This document shows positions 38,117-47,179 of a stretch of 64,000 nt of DNA, in pieces; the first letter of the stretch is position 1; each line of letters starts with the position of its first letter. Position numbers and translations under genes: made by a program. The stretch covers positions 489,802 to 553,801 of the forward strand of contig JAHFLL010000001.1 of assembly GCA_023244895.1 (NCBI GenBank), in the 5' to 3' direction. The notes under the pieces are model-generated. The model had not been told where the DNA came from, made no database searches, and saw only the letters and a list, made by a program, of their open reading frames with translations. The DNA comes from Candidatus Liptonbacteria bacterium (GTDB taxonomy: Bacteria > Patescibacteriota > Minisyncoccia > UBA6257 > 2-01-FULL-56-20).

Positions 38117-39835
38117 TCAAGCCACTTCCGCATTATAACACTGCTCGCAGTAAACCATCTCTGGCCGGTCGGGCGCGTAACTGGTTTCAAACTCATTGGA
38201 GCAACCCGGCTTCATACACTTGCGATGCCAGAGCTTATAGGGATTTTTAAGCTTGAGGCGTTCGTAGTGCCTACAATTAGGACATAATCTAGGAATAGGT
38301 AATCCTATCTTCTTGTAAAACCCCAGCTCTTGGGGTATCAGCTTGAAAGCCGACGTGCATTGATGATTGCATCTTGCCCCATGCCCACACCCTATCACCT
38401 CCTCTAGAATAGAGTCGGGGGTGTCTTTGATGTGGTCCGGCAGGTCCTGGGGTTGTTTGGTCACTGTGTATTGCTTGGTATCTGGGTCTCTCCACTTGTA
38501 TCCCTGAACTAGAGCCTGCTCTTTGGTTAAGGGGAAGTACTCCTGGGCGATGGTTTCATTGTAGGCGAAGGGAGAGAGTTCCGGGGGGAAGAACTCCCCG
38601 TATTTATATACTCTGCCTAGTTTATCTATATAGGGCATAGTATTCATATGCTCTATGATCTGGGGGACCAGAGCTTCATACTCCTCCTTGGTGTATTGCT
38701 TGTTCAAAATACAGTACTGCTTGTTGCGCAGGGCGACGCAGGCAAAAACGTTTGAAGAGGCGTTGCAAAAGTCGGTAAATTCAACATTGGCCAGGTTGCC
38801 AATAGAGTTGGTGGAAAATTTTATGCCAGTGCTTTCTCTTCCTCCGGTCGCATATTCGTAGGATAAATCAGAATAAATGAGTCCGCTTATATCCATACTA
38901 TCTTTTAGATAGTATACGCGCATGGCGTTCTTGACGTTTTCAAGCTCCCAGCCCTCAAAACAGTTATGGCAATTTTTGGCGTTAGAAATAGCATCTCCAT
39001 CGGAATTAGCGCACTTTATGACGTCCGCCCAACGATGTAGACAGTTTTCCATCATCACCCTAAATTCAGTTTTAAATTTATCTAGATTAGAATGGCTTCC
39101 AAAATCGAATTCTTCCGACACTTTTTTACGATATTCTTCCTTGGTATATTGCTTATTGCGTATCACATACCTCTTATTCCTTAGGTTGTGAGACATTACG
39201 CAGTCCTGGCAATTCACGCAGTCAAACAGAAACCAGGAATCCACACAGTCAGTAGCGCGAAAAATAAAATGGCAGTTATTACATCTACCCGAATATGCGT
39301 CCCCGTAACACATATTGAGGCTCTCTGCATTTAAACAATCATAAGCATGAACAGAATTATCTACTGCCCGAGAATAATAAACATCTTCACAGTTAACGAC
39401 CGAGTACCCTAAGTAAACATTCTTAGATTCTCCGGTCATGTTGGAATAGCTGACGTTCTCGGAGTTATGGCGTTGCCACAGAGCCATGTGCGGTACCGCT
39501 CTGCGCAATTCCACAAACTGCTCAAAAAATGTCTTGGAAAAATCATACTCCCGACCATACTCTATCGCTTCCCACCCATCCGACCACCAGCAATCATTGC
39601 AATACACGACCAACTCCTTGTCTGGGGAACAGAAGGTAATAGTGCTCTTCCCACAAAGCGCGCATGCCCCCTTATACAGAGAGCGCTCATTGCGAAAGCA
39701 GATCCTTCTCTGTAGTCGGCAATCCGGACACCAGGTTGGAGGCGGAACCTTAATACGCTCATAGAAACCAAAATCATCCGGCTCTATTACAAATGCGCTG
39801 TGACAACTTTGGCATGTCTTGGTTTCCGGTTCCAT
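38117..39835 (-). CDS. Cys-rich paralog 4
   Basis: Same architecture as paralogs 1-3. Confidence 0.88.
   Translation of the reverse strand: MEPETKTCQSCHSAFVIEPDDFGFYERIKVPPPTWCPDCRLQRRICFRNERSLYKGACALCGKSTITFCSPDKELVVYCNDCWWSDGWEAIEYGREYDFSKTFFEQFVELRRAVPHMALWQRHNSENVSYSNMTGESKNVYLGYSVVNCEDVYYSRAVDNSVHAYDCLNAESLNMCYGDAYSGRCNNCHFIFRATDCVDSWFLFDCVNCQDCVMSHNLRNKRYVIRNKQYTKEEYRKKVSEEFDFGSHSNLDKFKTEFRVMMENCLHRWADVIKCANSDGDAISNAKNCHNCFEGWELENVKNAMRVYYLKDSMDISGLIYSDLSYEYATGGRESTGIKFSTNSIGNLANVEFTDFCNASSNVFACVALRNKQYCILNKQYTKEEYEALVPQIIEHMNTMPYIDKLGRVYKYGEFFPPELSPFAYNETIAQEYFPLTKEQALVQGYKWRDPDTKQYTVTKQPQDLPDHIKDTPDSILEEVIGCGHGARCNHQCTSAFKLIPQELGFYKKIGLPIPRLCPNCRHYERLKLKNPYKLWHRKCMKPGCSNEFETSYAPDRPEMVYCEQCYNAEVA
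38387..38746. repeat. 360-bp direct repeat copy B (copy A 5014-5373)
   Basis: 353/360 identical by manual alignment. Confidence 0.92.
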
Positions 39836-39873
39836 TTTTTTACTTTTTACATTCTACCTACCACCTTCCATCT

Positions 39874-41598
39874 TCACGCTACTTCCGCATTGTAGCATTG
39901 CTCGCAGTAGACGACCTCTGTCCCGTCGGGACGGTAGCTGGACCTAAACATATTGGGGCACCTGCCCTCGGGATGGTTGGTATGGCTCGCGGTATTTTGA
40001 TACACCTTATAGTCACATCTGCATTGCTGAGGGGCGGAAAGGCGATTCGGACCGCGGGCGGTCATGCGTCGGTCGTGACGACAATCGGGACACATCCTGG
40101 GAATTGGAATATTCAAACGCTTATAGAATTGCAACTCTGGCGGAATAATACGATAGTTTTTATCGCATTTTACGCAAGAAAATATCTCCCTACTCACATC
40201 CGCCACGTTAAGGTCTCCTATGGCGTCCGGAACGTTATCCCATTTCAAAGTTTCTTTGCCATAGGTACCGCGGGGATATTCTTCCCAGCCGAATCCCAGC
40301 GCCTCCGCCCTCTCTTTCGTAAGCGGAAACTGTTCTTGAGCAACAGTTTCGTTATATCCGAAGGGACCGAGTGAAGATGGGAAAAATTCTCCATATTCTC
40401 CGCTCACCTTCATGTCCCCCACTATCTTATCTCGCAAAGATTCATATTCATCTTTGGAATATTGCTTATTCAAAATGCAATAATCCTTTTTGCGCAAACC
40501 GGCGGAACCCAGGCAGTGGTTGGAATTAAAACAATTAAGGGCATACTCCATAAAGGTAGAACTCCAGGCCTGCGCGCAGGACACACAGTTAGACACGTCT
40601 ATGCCGGTATTAATGGAATTATAGATTGTGCTTGCGTTTCTGCCCGCGGTGCTCACGTCCACGCAATCCTTAGCGTTGCGCCAAACATGCTCTCCGTAAG
40701 CGCAATCTTCCGCTTCATAAGAATGGAAACACTCTCGGCAGTTTTTCGCGTCGGATATGTAGTTCCCGGATGAGCCCGGCGCGTTTACAATCTCCGCGTA
40801 TTTTCTGGGCTGGGTTTTAATAAATTCTAAAAACTTGGCGCGCATAGCCTCTACCCCGCTTGCGGTATCAAGCCGTGCCTCCGTTATAAACCCTTCATAT
40901 TCTTCTTTGCTTAAGGGCTTATTGAAGACATAGTATTGGCGATTACGCAGATTGACGCATCCAATACAGTCACTGCAACCCCTACAGTCGTACAGAAAAT
41001 AGGAGTTTCTGCTGTCATAACAAACTTTACTATAGACAAGCTGATAACAGTTGTAGCAATCGTCACTTTCATAAGAAAGTTCGGTCTGGTGCGAGAAAGA
41101 AAGGTCCAGCGAGTCCCGACATTGCTGTACCCAATAGGAATGAATACAACCTTCATTGTTGGAGGACTCTACCAGCATATAGCAATCCTTATTATCCGCG
41201 GAAATATTCACGTACTCCGAGTTCACGCTACGCACGTAAATCAGCGCCACCTTGGGCACTTTTTTATAAATCTCATTAACCTGCTCTAGAAATGGCCGGC
41301 TTGGGTCATAATCCTGACCGTATTCTGTCGCGTCCCAGTCATCTTTAAACCAGCACTCATAGCACCAAACCGGATATGGTTTATTGGGACTATACATGGA
41401 AACCACCTCCCGCTTGCACTTATCGCAGGCGCGCTTATAGAAGACACGCTCGTTACGAAAAGCTAGTCTGCGCTGGGCGCGACACAAGGGACACATTTTC
41501 GGCAAAGATACGCCGATTTTTTCGTAAAACGTAAAATCATCCGGCTCTATCGTAAAGTCCTTTTTGCAGCTCTGGCAGGTTTTAGCTTCCGGTCCCAT
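39874..41598 (-). CDS. Cys-rich paralog 5
   Basis: Same architecture. Confidence 0.88.
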   Translation of the reverse strand: MGPEAKTCQSCKKDFTIEPDDFTFYEKIGVSLPKMCPLCRAQRRLAFRNERVFYKRACDKCKREVVSMYSPNKPYPVWCYECWFKDDWDATEYGQDYDPSRPFLEQVNEIYKKVPKVALIYVRSVNSEYVNISADNKDCYMLVESSNNEGCIHSYWVQQCRDSLDLSFSHQTELSYESDDCYNCYQLVYSKVCYDSRNSYFLYDCRGCSDCIGCVNLRNRQYYVFNKPLSKEEYEGFITEARLDTASGVEAMRAKFLEFIKTQPRKYAEIVNAPGSSGNYISDAKNCRECFHSYEAEDCAYGEHVWRNAKDCVDVSTAGRNASTIYNSINTGIDVSNCVSCAQAWSSTFMEYALNCFNSNHCLGSAGLRKKDYCILNKQYSKDEYESLRDKIVGDMKVSGEYGEFFPSSLGPFGYNETVAQEQFPLTKERAEALGFGWEEYPRGTYGKETLKWDNVPDAIGDLNVADVSREIFSCVKCDKNYRIIPPELQFYKRLNIPIPRMCPDCRHDRRMTARGPNRLSAPQQCRCDYKVYQNTASHTNHPEGRCPNMFRSSYRPDGTEVVYCEQCYNAEVA

Positions 41599-43327
41599 TT
41601 CTTTTTTTTACTTCCTACGTTTTGCCTACCACTTTTTATCTTTACGCCACTTCTTGATTATAACAACTCTCGCAATACACTATTTCCGGTCGGCCGGGGG
41701 CATAGCTGGTTTCAAACTCATTGGGGCAGTCCGACTTCATGCATTTGCGGTGCCAGAGCCTGCGGGGATTGCGCATTTTAAAACGCTCTGTTCTGCGACA
41801 GGGATAACAATATTCCGGAACCGGGATACCCATTTTGCGATAGATCATAAGTTCCGTAGGGTGTAAACGGAAAGCACCCACGCAAAGCGGGTTCCTTGTT
41901 TTTGCTTCTTCATCTTCTTGTGTTCGACAACCGATAGTTTGGCTTAGGATATCATCCGAAGCCTCAGCTACGGTGGACGGCAATTGGTCTGGAGTCATAG
42001 TGACTTTATGGTTGGTAGCCGGCTTGTCGTACCAACTATAACCCTTTTGAATTGCCTCTTCTCTAGTCAACGGAAAGTAGTCCTGCGCCATAGATTCGTT
42101 ATAGGCGAACGGGGAGACATCCGGAGGATAGTATTCGCCCCACTCCCCGGTTTTTCTCATATGCTCTACGATCTTCTTTTTTAAATCCAAATACTCCTCC
42201 TTGGAATATTGTTTATTCAAAATGCAATACTGTTTTTGTTTCAATCCAAAACAGCCGAAACAATTATTAGCACCAAAACACATGTCGCAATAACAGGAAT
42301 CAGTTATGGTGCTAAAGCAACTGCGAGCGACGATGGTGCGATGCGGGGTATCCACCCCTTGCGTCTCGTAGGATAGTTCGGCATTTATTATTTCCGTGCA
42401 ATCCCTACAGTCCTCAGTGTTTCGCCAAGCATCCTGCATATAGGCCACATCCTTATTGTCGCGACAGTTAAAACAATAATTCGCTCTTTGAGTGTTCTCC
42501 AGGTAGTCTCCGGAAGATTCCTGAGCCTGGGTACCGTGATAGTTTTTTACCGGCTTAGTTAATCTAAAGCCAGCGAATTTTTTAAGTTGCTCCCGGATAG
42601 ACAATCTTGTCCGGGTAAACTCTTTCTTTCTTTGCTCGTATTCCTCTTTAGAAAGCTGTTCGTTAAACCAACAATATTGCTTATTTCTTAATCCCCAACA
42701 GCCGAGACAATCGACGCAACCTCGACAGTCATCCGAAAAATAGATGTTTACACAGTCGGCGCAATTGCTTATCCAGGCGCAATTGGAACATTTTGCCAAG
42801 TTAATGCTCTCGTAGCAGAGTTCGGAGCTCTCTATCATGTAGCAATCAGAACACATAAAGCACTTGCGCTGGTTCCAACTGCCATACATGCACTTTTCGC
42901 TGGTATCGCTCGTGACCAGCATGTAGCAGTCCTTGTTATCTTGGGACTGATTTGTGTATTCACTATTTACGCTATTCGCATTAACCAAAGCAAGATGAGG
43001 AACTACTCGGCGCAATTCTTCGTATTGCTCAAAAAACGGGCGGTTGAAATCAAAGTTCCGCCCATAAACGGATGCGTCAAAAGCGTCCGATTTCCAATAG
43101 TCCTGCTTGTAGACCGGAAATGAGACGTCTGGTCGGTAAATGGAGATTATGTCCTCCCCGGTAGCATCGCACTTGCGCTTATAAAAGTTGTACTCGTTTC
43201 TATCCGAAAGCCGCCTAATATATCTGCACTCCGGGCAAAGAGTCGGAGGCGGCACATCTATTTTTTGATAAAACGTAAAATCATCCGGCTCTATCGTAAA
43301 GTCCTTTTTGCAGCTCTGGCAGGTTTT
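41525..43327. repeat. 59-bp identical direct repeat at 41525-41583 and 43269-43327 (5' ends of paralogs 5 and 6)
   Basis: taaaacgtaaaatcatccggctctatcgtaaagtcctttttgcagctctggcaggtttt in both. Confidence 0.9.
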
Positions 43328-43345
43328 TACTTGAGATTCGGTCAT
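41642..43345 (-). CDS. Cys-rich paralog 6
   Basis: Same architecture; ATG overlaps the NUDIX stop. Confidence 0.88.
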   Translation of the reverse strand: MTESQVKTCQSCKKDFTIEPDDFTFYQKIDVPPPTLCPECRYIRRLSDRNEYNFYKRKCDATGEDIISIYRPDVSFPVYKQDYWKSDAFDASVYGRNFDFNRPFFEQYEELRRVVPHLALVNANSVNSEYTNQSQDNKDCYMLVTSDTSEKCMYGSWNQRKCFMCSDCYMIESSELCYESINLAKCSNCAWISNCADCVNIYFSDDCRGCVDCLGCWGLRNKQYCWFNEQLSKEEYEQRKKEFTRTRLSIREQLKKFAGFRLTKPVKNYHGTQAQESSGDYLENTQRANYCFNCRDNKDVAYMQDAWRNTEDCRDCTEIINAELSYETQGVDTPHRTIVARSCFSTITDSCYCDMCFGANNCFGCFGLKQKQYCILNKQYSKEEYLDLKKKIVEHMRKTGEWGEYYPPDVSPFAYNESMAQDYFPLTREEAIQKGYSWYDKPATNHKVTMTPDQLPSTVAEASDDILSQTIGCRTQEDEEAKTRNPLCVGAFRLHPTELMIYRKMGIPVPEYCYPCRRTERFKMRNPRRLWHRKCMKSDCPNEFETSYAPGRPEIVYCESCYNQEVA

Positions 43346-43788
43346 TTTGCTAAACGGAGATATTCTTTTACGCCCCTGAGCCAGCCACCCTTAAACTTTT
43401 CCTCCGGGCGGAAAGTTCTAACATCTTCCCAGCTCATTTCCGTATGACGTTTTGATAATTTAATTTCTCCTCCAGTCAACTTTGCTTCATAGCCGATTGC
43501 GAAAATCTGGACCTTCAACTTTCCCCCACTCACGCTCTCCTGTCTTTCGTGGCGCATAAAAACAACCGGCTGACCGAGTTTATACTTCACGCCTCCCAGC
43601 TCCTCTTTGATTTTCCGAGCGATAATCTTCTCTATCGGTCTGCCGAACTCTTCCGGCAACATTCTGCCACCCGGCAAGTCCCAGCACCCAAAAGAATCCT
43701 TTAAAATCAACAGCTTGTCTGCCTTGCGTAAAAAGACCTTAAAAGCCACAAAATACAGGCCTTTACCGTTTAAGCTGTCCGATTTCAT
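43342..43788 (-). CDS. NUDIX hydrolase
   Basis: WDLPGGRMLPEE...ARKIKEELG, a variant Nudix box. Confidence 0.85.
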   Translation of the reverse strand: MKSDSLNGKGLYFVAFKVFLRKADKLLILKDSFGCWDLPGGRMLPEEFGRPIEKIIARKIKEELGGVKYKLGQPVVFMRHERQESVSGGKLKVQIFAIGYEAKLTGGEIKLSKRHTEMSWEDVRTFRPEEKFKGGWLRGVKEYLRLAK

Positions 43789-44071
43789 TGCTTAATATTA
43801 CCACCCACCAGCTAAAAGATGCCAGAAAAATAAAGGTCATCACCTTGACCTCAAATGTATGTTTTAGCCTCTACCTCTGTAGCAGAAGTGGGGGCAAACA
43901 TATTGTTGCTGTCCATATAATCTGTCGCAGGAAATAGGTTTTTATATAAATTTATTGCCTATTTTATAAAGTGTGTTGCTGTTAGTGATTTTGGGGATAA
44001 GTGCCCTATTCTTGCAATATATTATTTTGAGTAAAATGAAATTGCCACAGAGTATGTGGTTTTTTAATTAG

Positions 44072-44190
44072 AACAGCTCTTTTGCACGGGATAAGATAGC
44101 TCAATAAGACTGGCTCCGACAGAAAACCTTAACCTCCCAAAATCGTCTTATCTGACTGATCAATCTCTTATCCCGTACAAAGGAGCCGTT
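44072..44190 (-). other. Long imperfect hairpin, candidate structured RNA or MITE-like element
   Basis: 25-bp terminal inverted repeat with 3 differences (2 are G-U on the minus strand); inner ATAAGAC/GTCTTAT stem; TGCTATAAT at 44210-44218 upstream. Confidence 0.5.
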
Positions 44191-44267
44191 GATAAAGTAT
44201 CCTAATGTGATTATAGCACTCCGTAAATAGGAGGTCTGTTGATAACCCCATTTTAGCCTTATAAAGC

Positions 44268-45719
44268 CTACTTTCCCTGCGGACGCATTAGAGGAAAAAA
44301 GACGGTCTCCCGCACGGGCTTGTCCATTAGGACCGCAAAGAGTCGCTCGGAAGTGCCAAAACCCGCCGCGGGTGGCATGCCGTACTCCAACGCCTCCAGA
44401 AAGTCTTCGTCCAGCATTTGAGCCTCCTTGTCCCCTGCCTCACGCAATTTCATCTGGTCCTCAAAGCGCGCGCGCTGGTCAATCGGGTCATTGAGTTCCG
44501 AAAAGCCCTTGCCAAGCTCCGTGCCCGCGGCCAAAATCTGGAACCTCTCTACCTGACCGGGTTTTTTATCACTACGCTTGGCCAATGGCTCAATCTCTAC
44601 TGGCGGGTCTATCAAAAAGCAGGGCTGAAGCAATTTCGGCCGAACGGTCTTTTTATATATCAAATCTATGAGCCGTCCCTTGCCTAAATTTTCTTCCAAA
44701 TCAATCTTCAAAGATTTGGCCTTCTTCTTCAACTCTTCCACGCTCGCATTCACGGGATTCAAGCCATTTTCTTTTTCAAATATTTCTACATAGTCCACAG
44801 AGGGCCACTTGCCCGACCAATCTATTTCCTGCCCACCATAAGTGGTTTTTAGACTACCCGTAACGTTTTTAATGGCCTTTTGATACACATCCCGCATTAG
44901 ATCCATCGCGTCGTGATAGTCGCGATACGCCCAATAAAACTCCATCTGAGTGTAGTCCTGTAAGTGCTCCTTATCTATGCCTTCGTTGCGAAAGATGCGT
45001 CCGATCTCAAACACCGCGTCAAATCCGCCCACTAAAAGCTTCTTAAGAGGAAGCTCCAGGGAAATGCGTAGATAAAAATCCGTATCCAGCGCGTTGTGGT
45101 GGGTCACGAACGGCTCCGCTTCCGCTCCACCAGGAATCGCTTCCAGAACCGGAAGCTCTACTTCCGTAAATCCATTTTTAGTAAGCTCGGTACGAAATGT
45201 TTGCCAGAAAATATTTTTCTTTTCAAAAGTCTTACGCAGGTCCTGGTCCATTACTAAATCAAGATAACGTTTGCGCAAGCGGGTCTCCGCGTCTTCCAGA
45301 CCGAAATGTTCGGTCGGTAATGGCCTTAGACTCTTTGAAAGCATAACCACCTTCTTGGCGGACACACTCTTGGTGCCACGATTAGTGACCATCAGTTCTC
45401 CGCTAACGGAAATAAAGTCGCCCCGGTCCAGATTAGCCTGCCAGAAATCAAAATCACCCAAATCCTGCTTGCGCAAGACCGCCTGGATTTCGCCGGTAGA
45501 ATCCCTTAGGTCGGCGAAGATCACGCCCCCCTGATCGCGCAAGGTGATAGCGCGGCCCGCCAAAGATACGGTCTCGGCGCCAGCCATTAGAGCGTCAAAG
45601 CCAGCCAACGCCTCGCCTATACTGTGGGTACGCTCGGTTTTTATGGGATAGGCCGATACCCCCGAGGCGTTTATCCGGTCCAGCTTTTTCTTACGTTCCT
45701 GTATTATTTCGTCTAACAT
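44268..45719 (-). CDS. lysS: Lysine--tRNA ligase (class II)
   Basis: GGAEAEPFVTHHNAL, YLRISLEL, GRIFRNEG, SELNDP, ALEYGMPP. Confidence 0.98.
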   Translation of the reverse strand: MLDEIIQERKKKLDRINASGVSAYPIKTERTHSIGEALAGFDALMAGAETVSLAGRAITLRDQGGVIFADLRDSTGEIQAVLRKQDLGDFDFWQANLDRGDFISVSGELMVTNRGTKSVSAKKVVMLSKSLRPLPTEHFGLEDAETRLRKRYLDLVMDQDLRKTFEKKNIFWQTFRTELTKNGFTEVELPVLEAIPGGAEAEPFVTHHNALDTDFYLRISLELPLKKLLVGGFDAVFEIGRIFRNEGIDKEHLQDYTQMEFYWAYRDYHDAMDLMRDVYQKAIKNVTGSLKTTYGGQEIDWSGKWPSVDYVEIFEKENGLNPVNASVEELKKKAKSLKIDLEENLGKGRLIDLIYKKTVRPKLLQPCFLIDPPVEIEPLAKRSDKKPGQVERFQILAAGTELGKGFSELNDPIDQRARFEDQMKLREAGDKEAQMLDEDFLEALEYGMPPAAGFGTSERLFAVLMDKPVRETVFFPLMRPQGK

Positions 45720-45786
45720 GTTAGTTTATGCACCTAATAATACCCTATTTTGTAGGAAAAACGCCATAATCCAATGGCTTAGCGGG

Positions 45787-46245
45787 TTAGTCTATTTTGA
45801 GAACCTTGTAGACAGATTTACCGGAAGGCGTAACTATGGTCACCTCTTCACCCACGCGCCTATCTATCAATGCCCTGCCAATCGGAGATTCATTAGAGAT
45901 CTTACCCTCTTCCGGCTTGGATTCACTGGAGCCAACAATATTATAAGTAAACGAATCCTTGTCTTTTTTTAGAACAACCACCGAACCAACCTGGACCCGA
46001 TCGCCTATACCGGTCTTTTCAATCACCACCGCTTTTTTCAAAAAGTCCTCCAGTTCCGCGATGCGCGACTCCAGCTTAGCCTGCTCGTCTTTAGCCTCGC
46101 TATACTCCGCATTTTCGGACAAGTCGCCGTACTCCTTGGCGCGCTTAAGGTGATCCGCGACTTCCATTCTCTTATTGGTGCGCAAATCTTCCAGCTCCCT
46201 ATTCAATTCTTCCAGTTTTTCTGAACTGACGTAATACTGATTCAT
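45787..46245 (-). CDS. greA: Transcription elongation factor GreA
   Basis: GDLSENAEY, ISNESPIGRAL. Confidence 0.97.
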   Translation of the reverse strand: MNQYYVSSEKLEELNRELEDLRTNKRMEVADHLKRAKEYGDLSENAEYSEAKDEQAKLESRIAELEDFLKKAVVIEKTGIGDRVQVGSVVVLKKDKDSFTYNIVGSSESKPEEGKISNESPIGRALIDRRVGEEVTIVTPSGKSVYKVLKID

Positions 46246-46258
46246 TTGTTTATTATTT

Positions 46259-47011
46259 TTACGACGTTTGCGCCTCCTTCTTTTCTTTATAAACCCCCGT
46301 CCACAACCACCAGCGAATACGAACCGTGTCCCAAAGAGTGGTAATGTAGGCAGACATACCTACGGTTGAATTAATATCATTTACCCAATGGACCGGAACT
46401 TCTTTAATCCTGAAACCGAACTTCTTGGCCAGAGCTAGAATCTCTACGTCAAACCCCCAACCTGCGATACGTGATAGCTTAAAAATCTTTTCCGCGGCTT
46501 CCGCCGAGAATGCCTTGAAACCGCACTGCGAATCCCAAACGCCGGGCAAAACCAGTATCTGAATAATCAGATTGCCTATCTTGCCGGGAATTTGGCGATA
46601 GATCGGCTGAGGCGGATCCAACTTACTCTCTTTATGCGCCCTGGAACAAATTACCACTCCATAACCCTCGTCGAAAAACGGGCGCATCTTTTCAAAGTGA
46701 TCAACCGTAGTGGCATTATCCGCATCCATGAAGAGGCGGTATTTGCCCTGCGCGACCAGCATACCCTGACGCACGGCGTTACCCTTGCTACCGATCTGCA
46801 ACTCCATCAAACGCAAGCCTTTTATAGTCGGCATCATTTTGCGGACTATCTCAGCGGTATTATCTTTAGAACCATTCTCCACCACTAAAATCTCATAATC
46901 GTAATCCACTCCCGACATACGCTTATCAATGTCAAGTAAAGTTATAGGCAGGCGCTTGGATTCGTTATGCGCCGGTATAATGACGGACAGAAAGGGCTGG
47001 CTAGGGCTCAT
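46259..47011 (-). CDS. GT2 polyprenol-phosphate glycosyltransferase (Alg5-like)
   Basis: LSVIIPAHNE, LFMDAD, DSQCGFKAF, GWGFDVE. Confidence 0.9.
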   Translation of the reverse strand: MSPSQPFLSVIIPAHNESKRLPITLLDIDKRMSGVDYDYEILVVENGSKDNTAEIVRKMMPTIKGLRLMELQIGSKGNAVRQGMLVAQGKYRLFMDADNATTVDHFEKMRPFFDEGYGVVICSRAHKESKLDPPQPIYRQIPGKIGNLIIQILVLPGVWDSQCGFKAFSAEAAEKIFKLSRIAGWGFDVEILALAKKFGFRIKEVPVHWVNDINSTVGMSAYITTLWDTVRIRWWLWTGVYKEKKEAQTS

Positions 47012-47179
47012 GCTGTTAATAATTTAGCCCGCAGAGCAGGCCTTTTTTAATACTTCGTCTGTCTTATTGTATCATGCCTAAAATATCAGAGCAACCTCCA
47101 GGAGGCCTTATTTTATAAGGCTAAAAATGGGTCGTCCCAGAAGACCCATCCGGGGGCGCAAGCATGGTTCGTAACGTTA

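Noticed and set aside
5014-38746. Diversity-generating retroelement TR/VR pair
   Set aside because: The 7 mismatches (G/A, G/A, A/G, A/G, G/T, G/A, A/C) are not confined to adenines of one copy on either strand, are mostly synonymous, both copies are coding, and no reverse transcriptase is in the window.
43790-44267. tmRNA, RNase P RNA, SRP RNA or oriC
   Set aside because: No tRNA-like ends, no GAGGAAAGTCC and no SRP helix-8 motif; only one DnaA-box-like 9-mer (TTATCCCCA) and no dnaA nearby.
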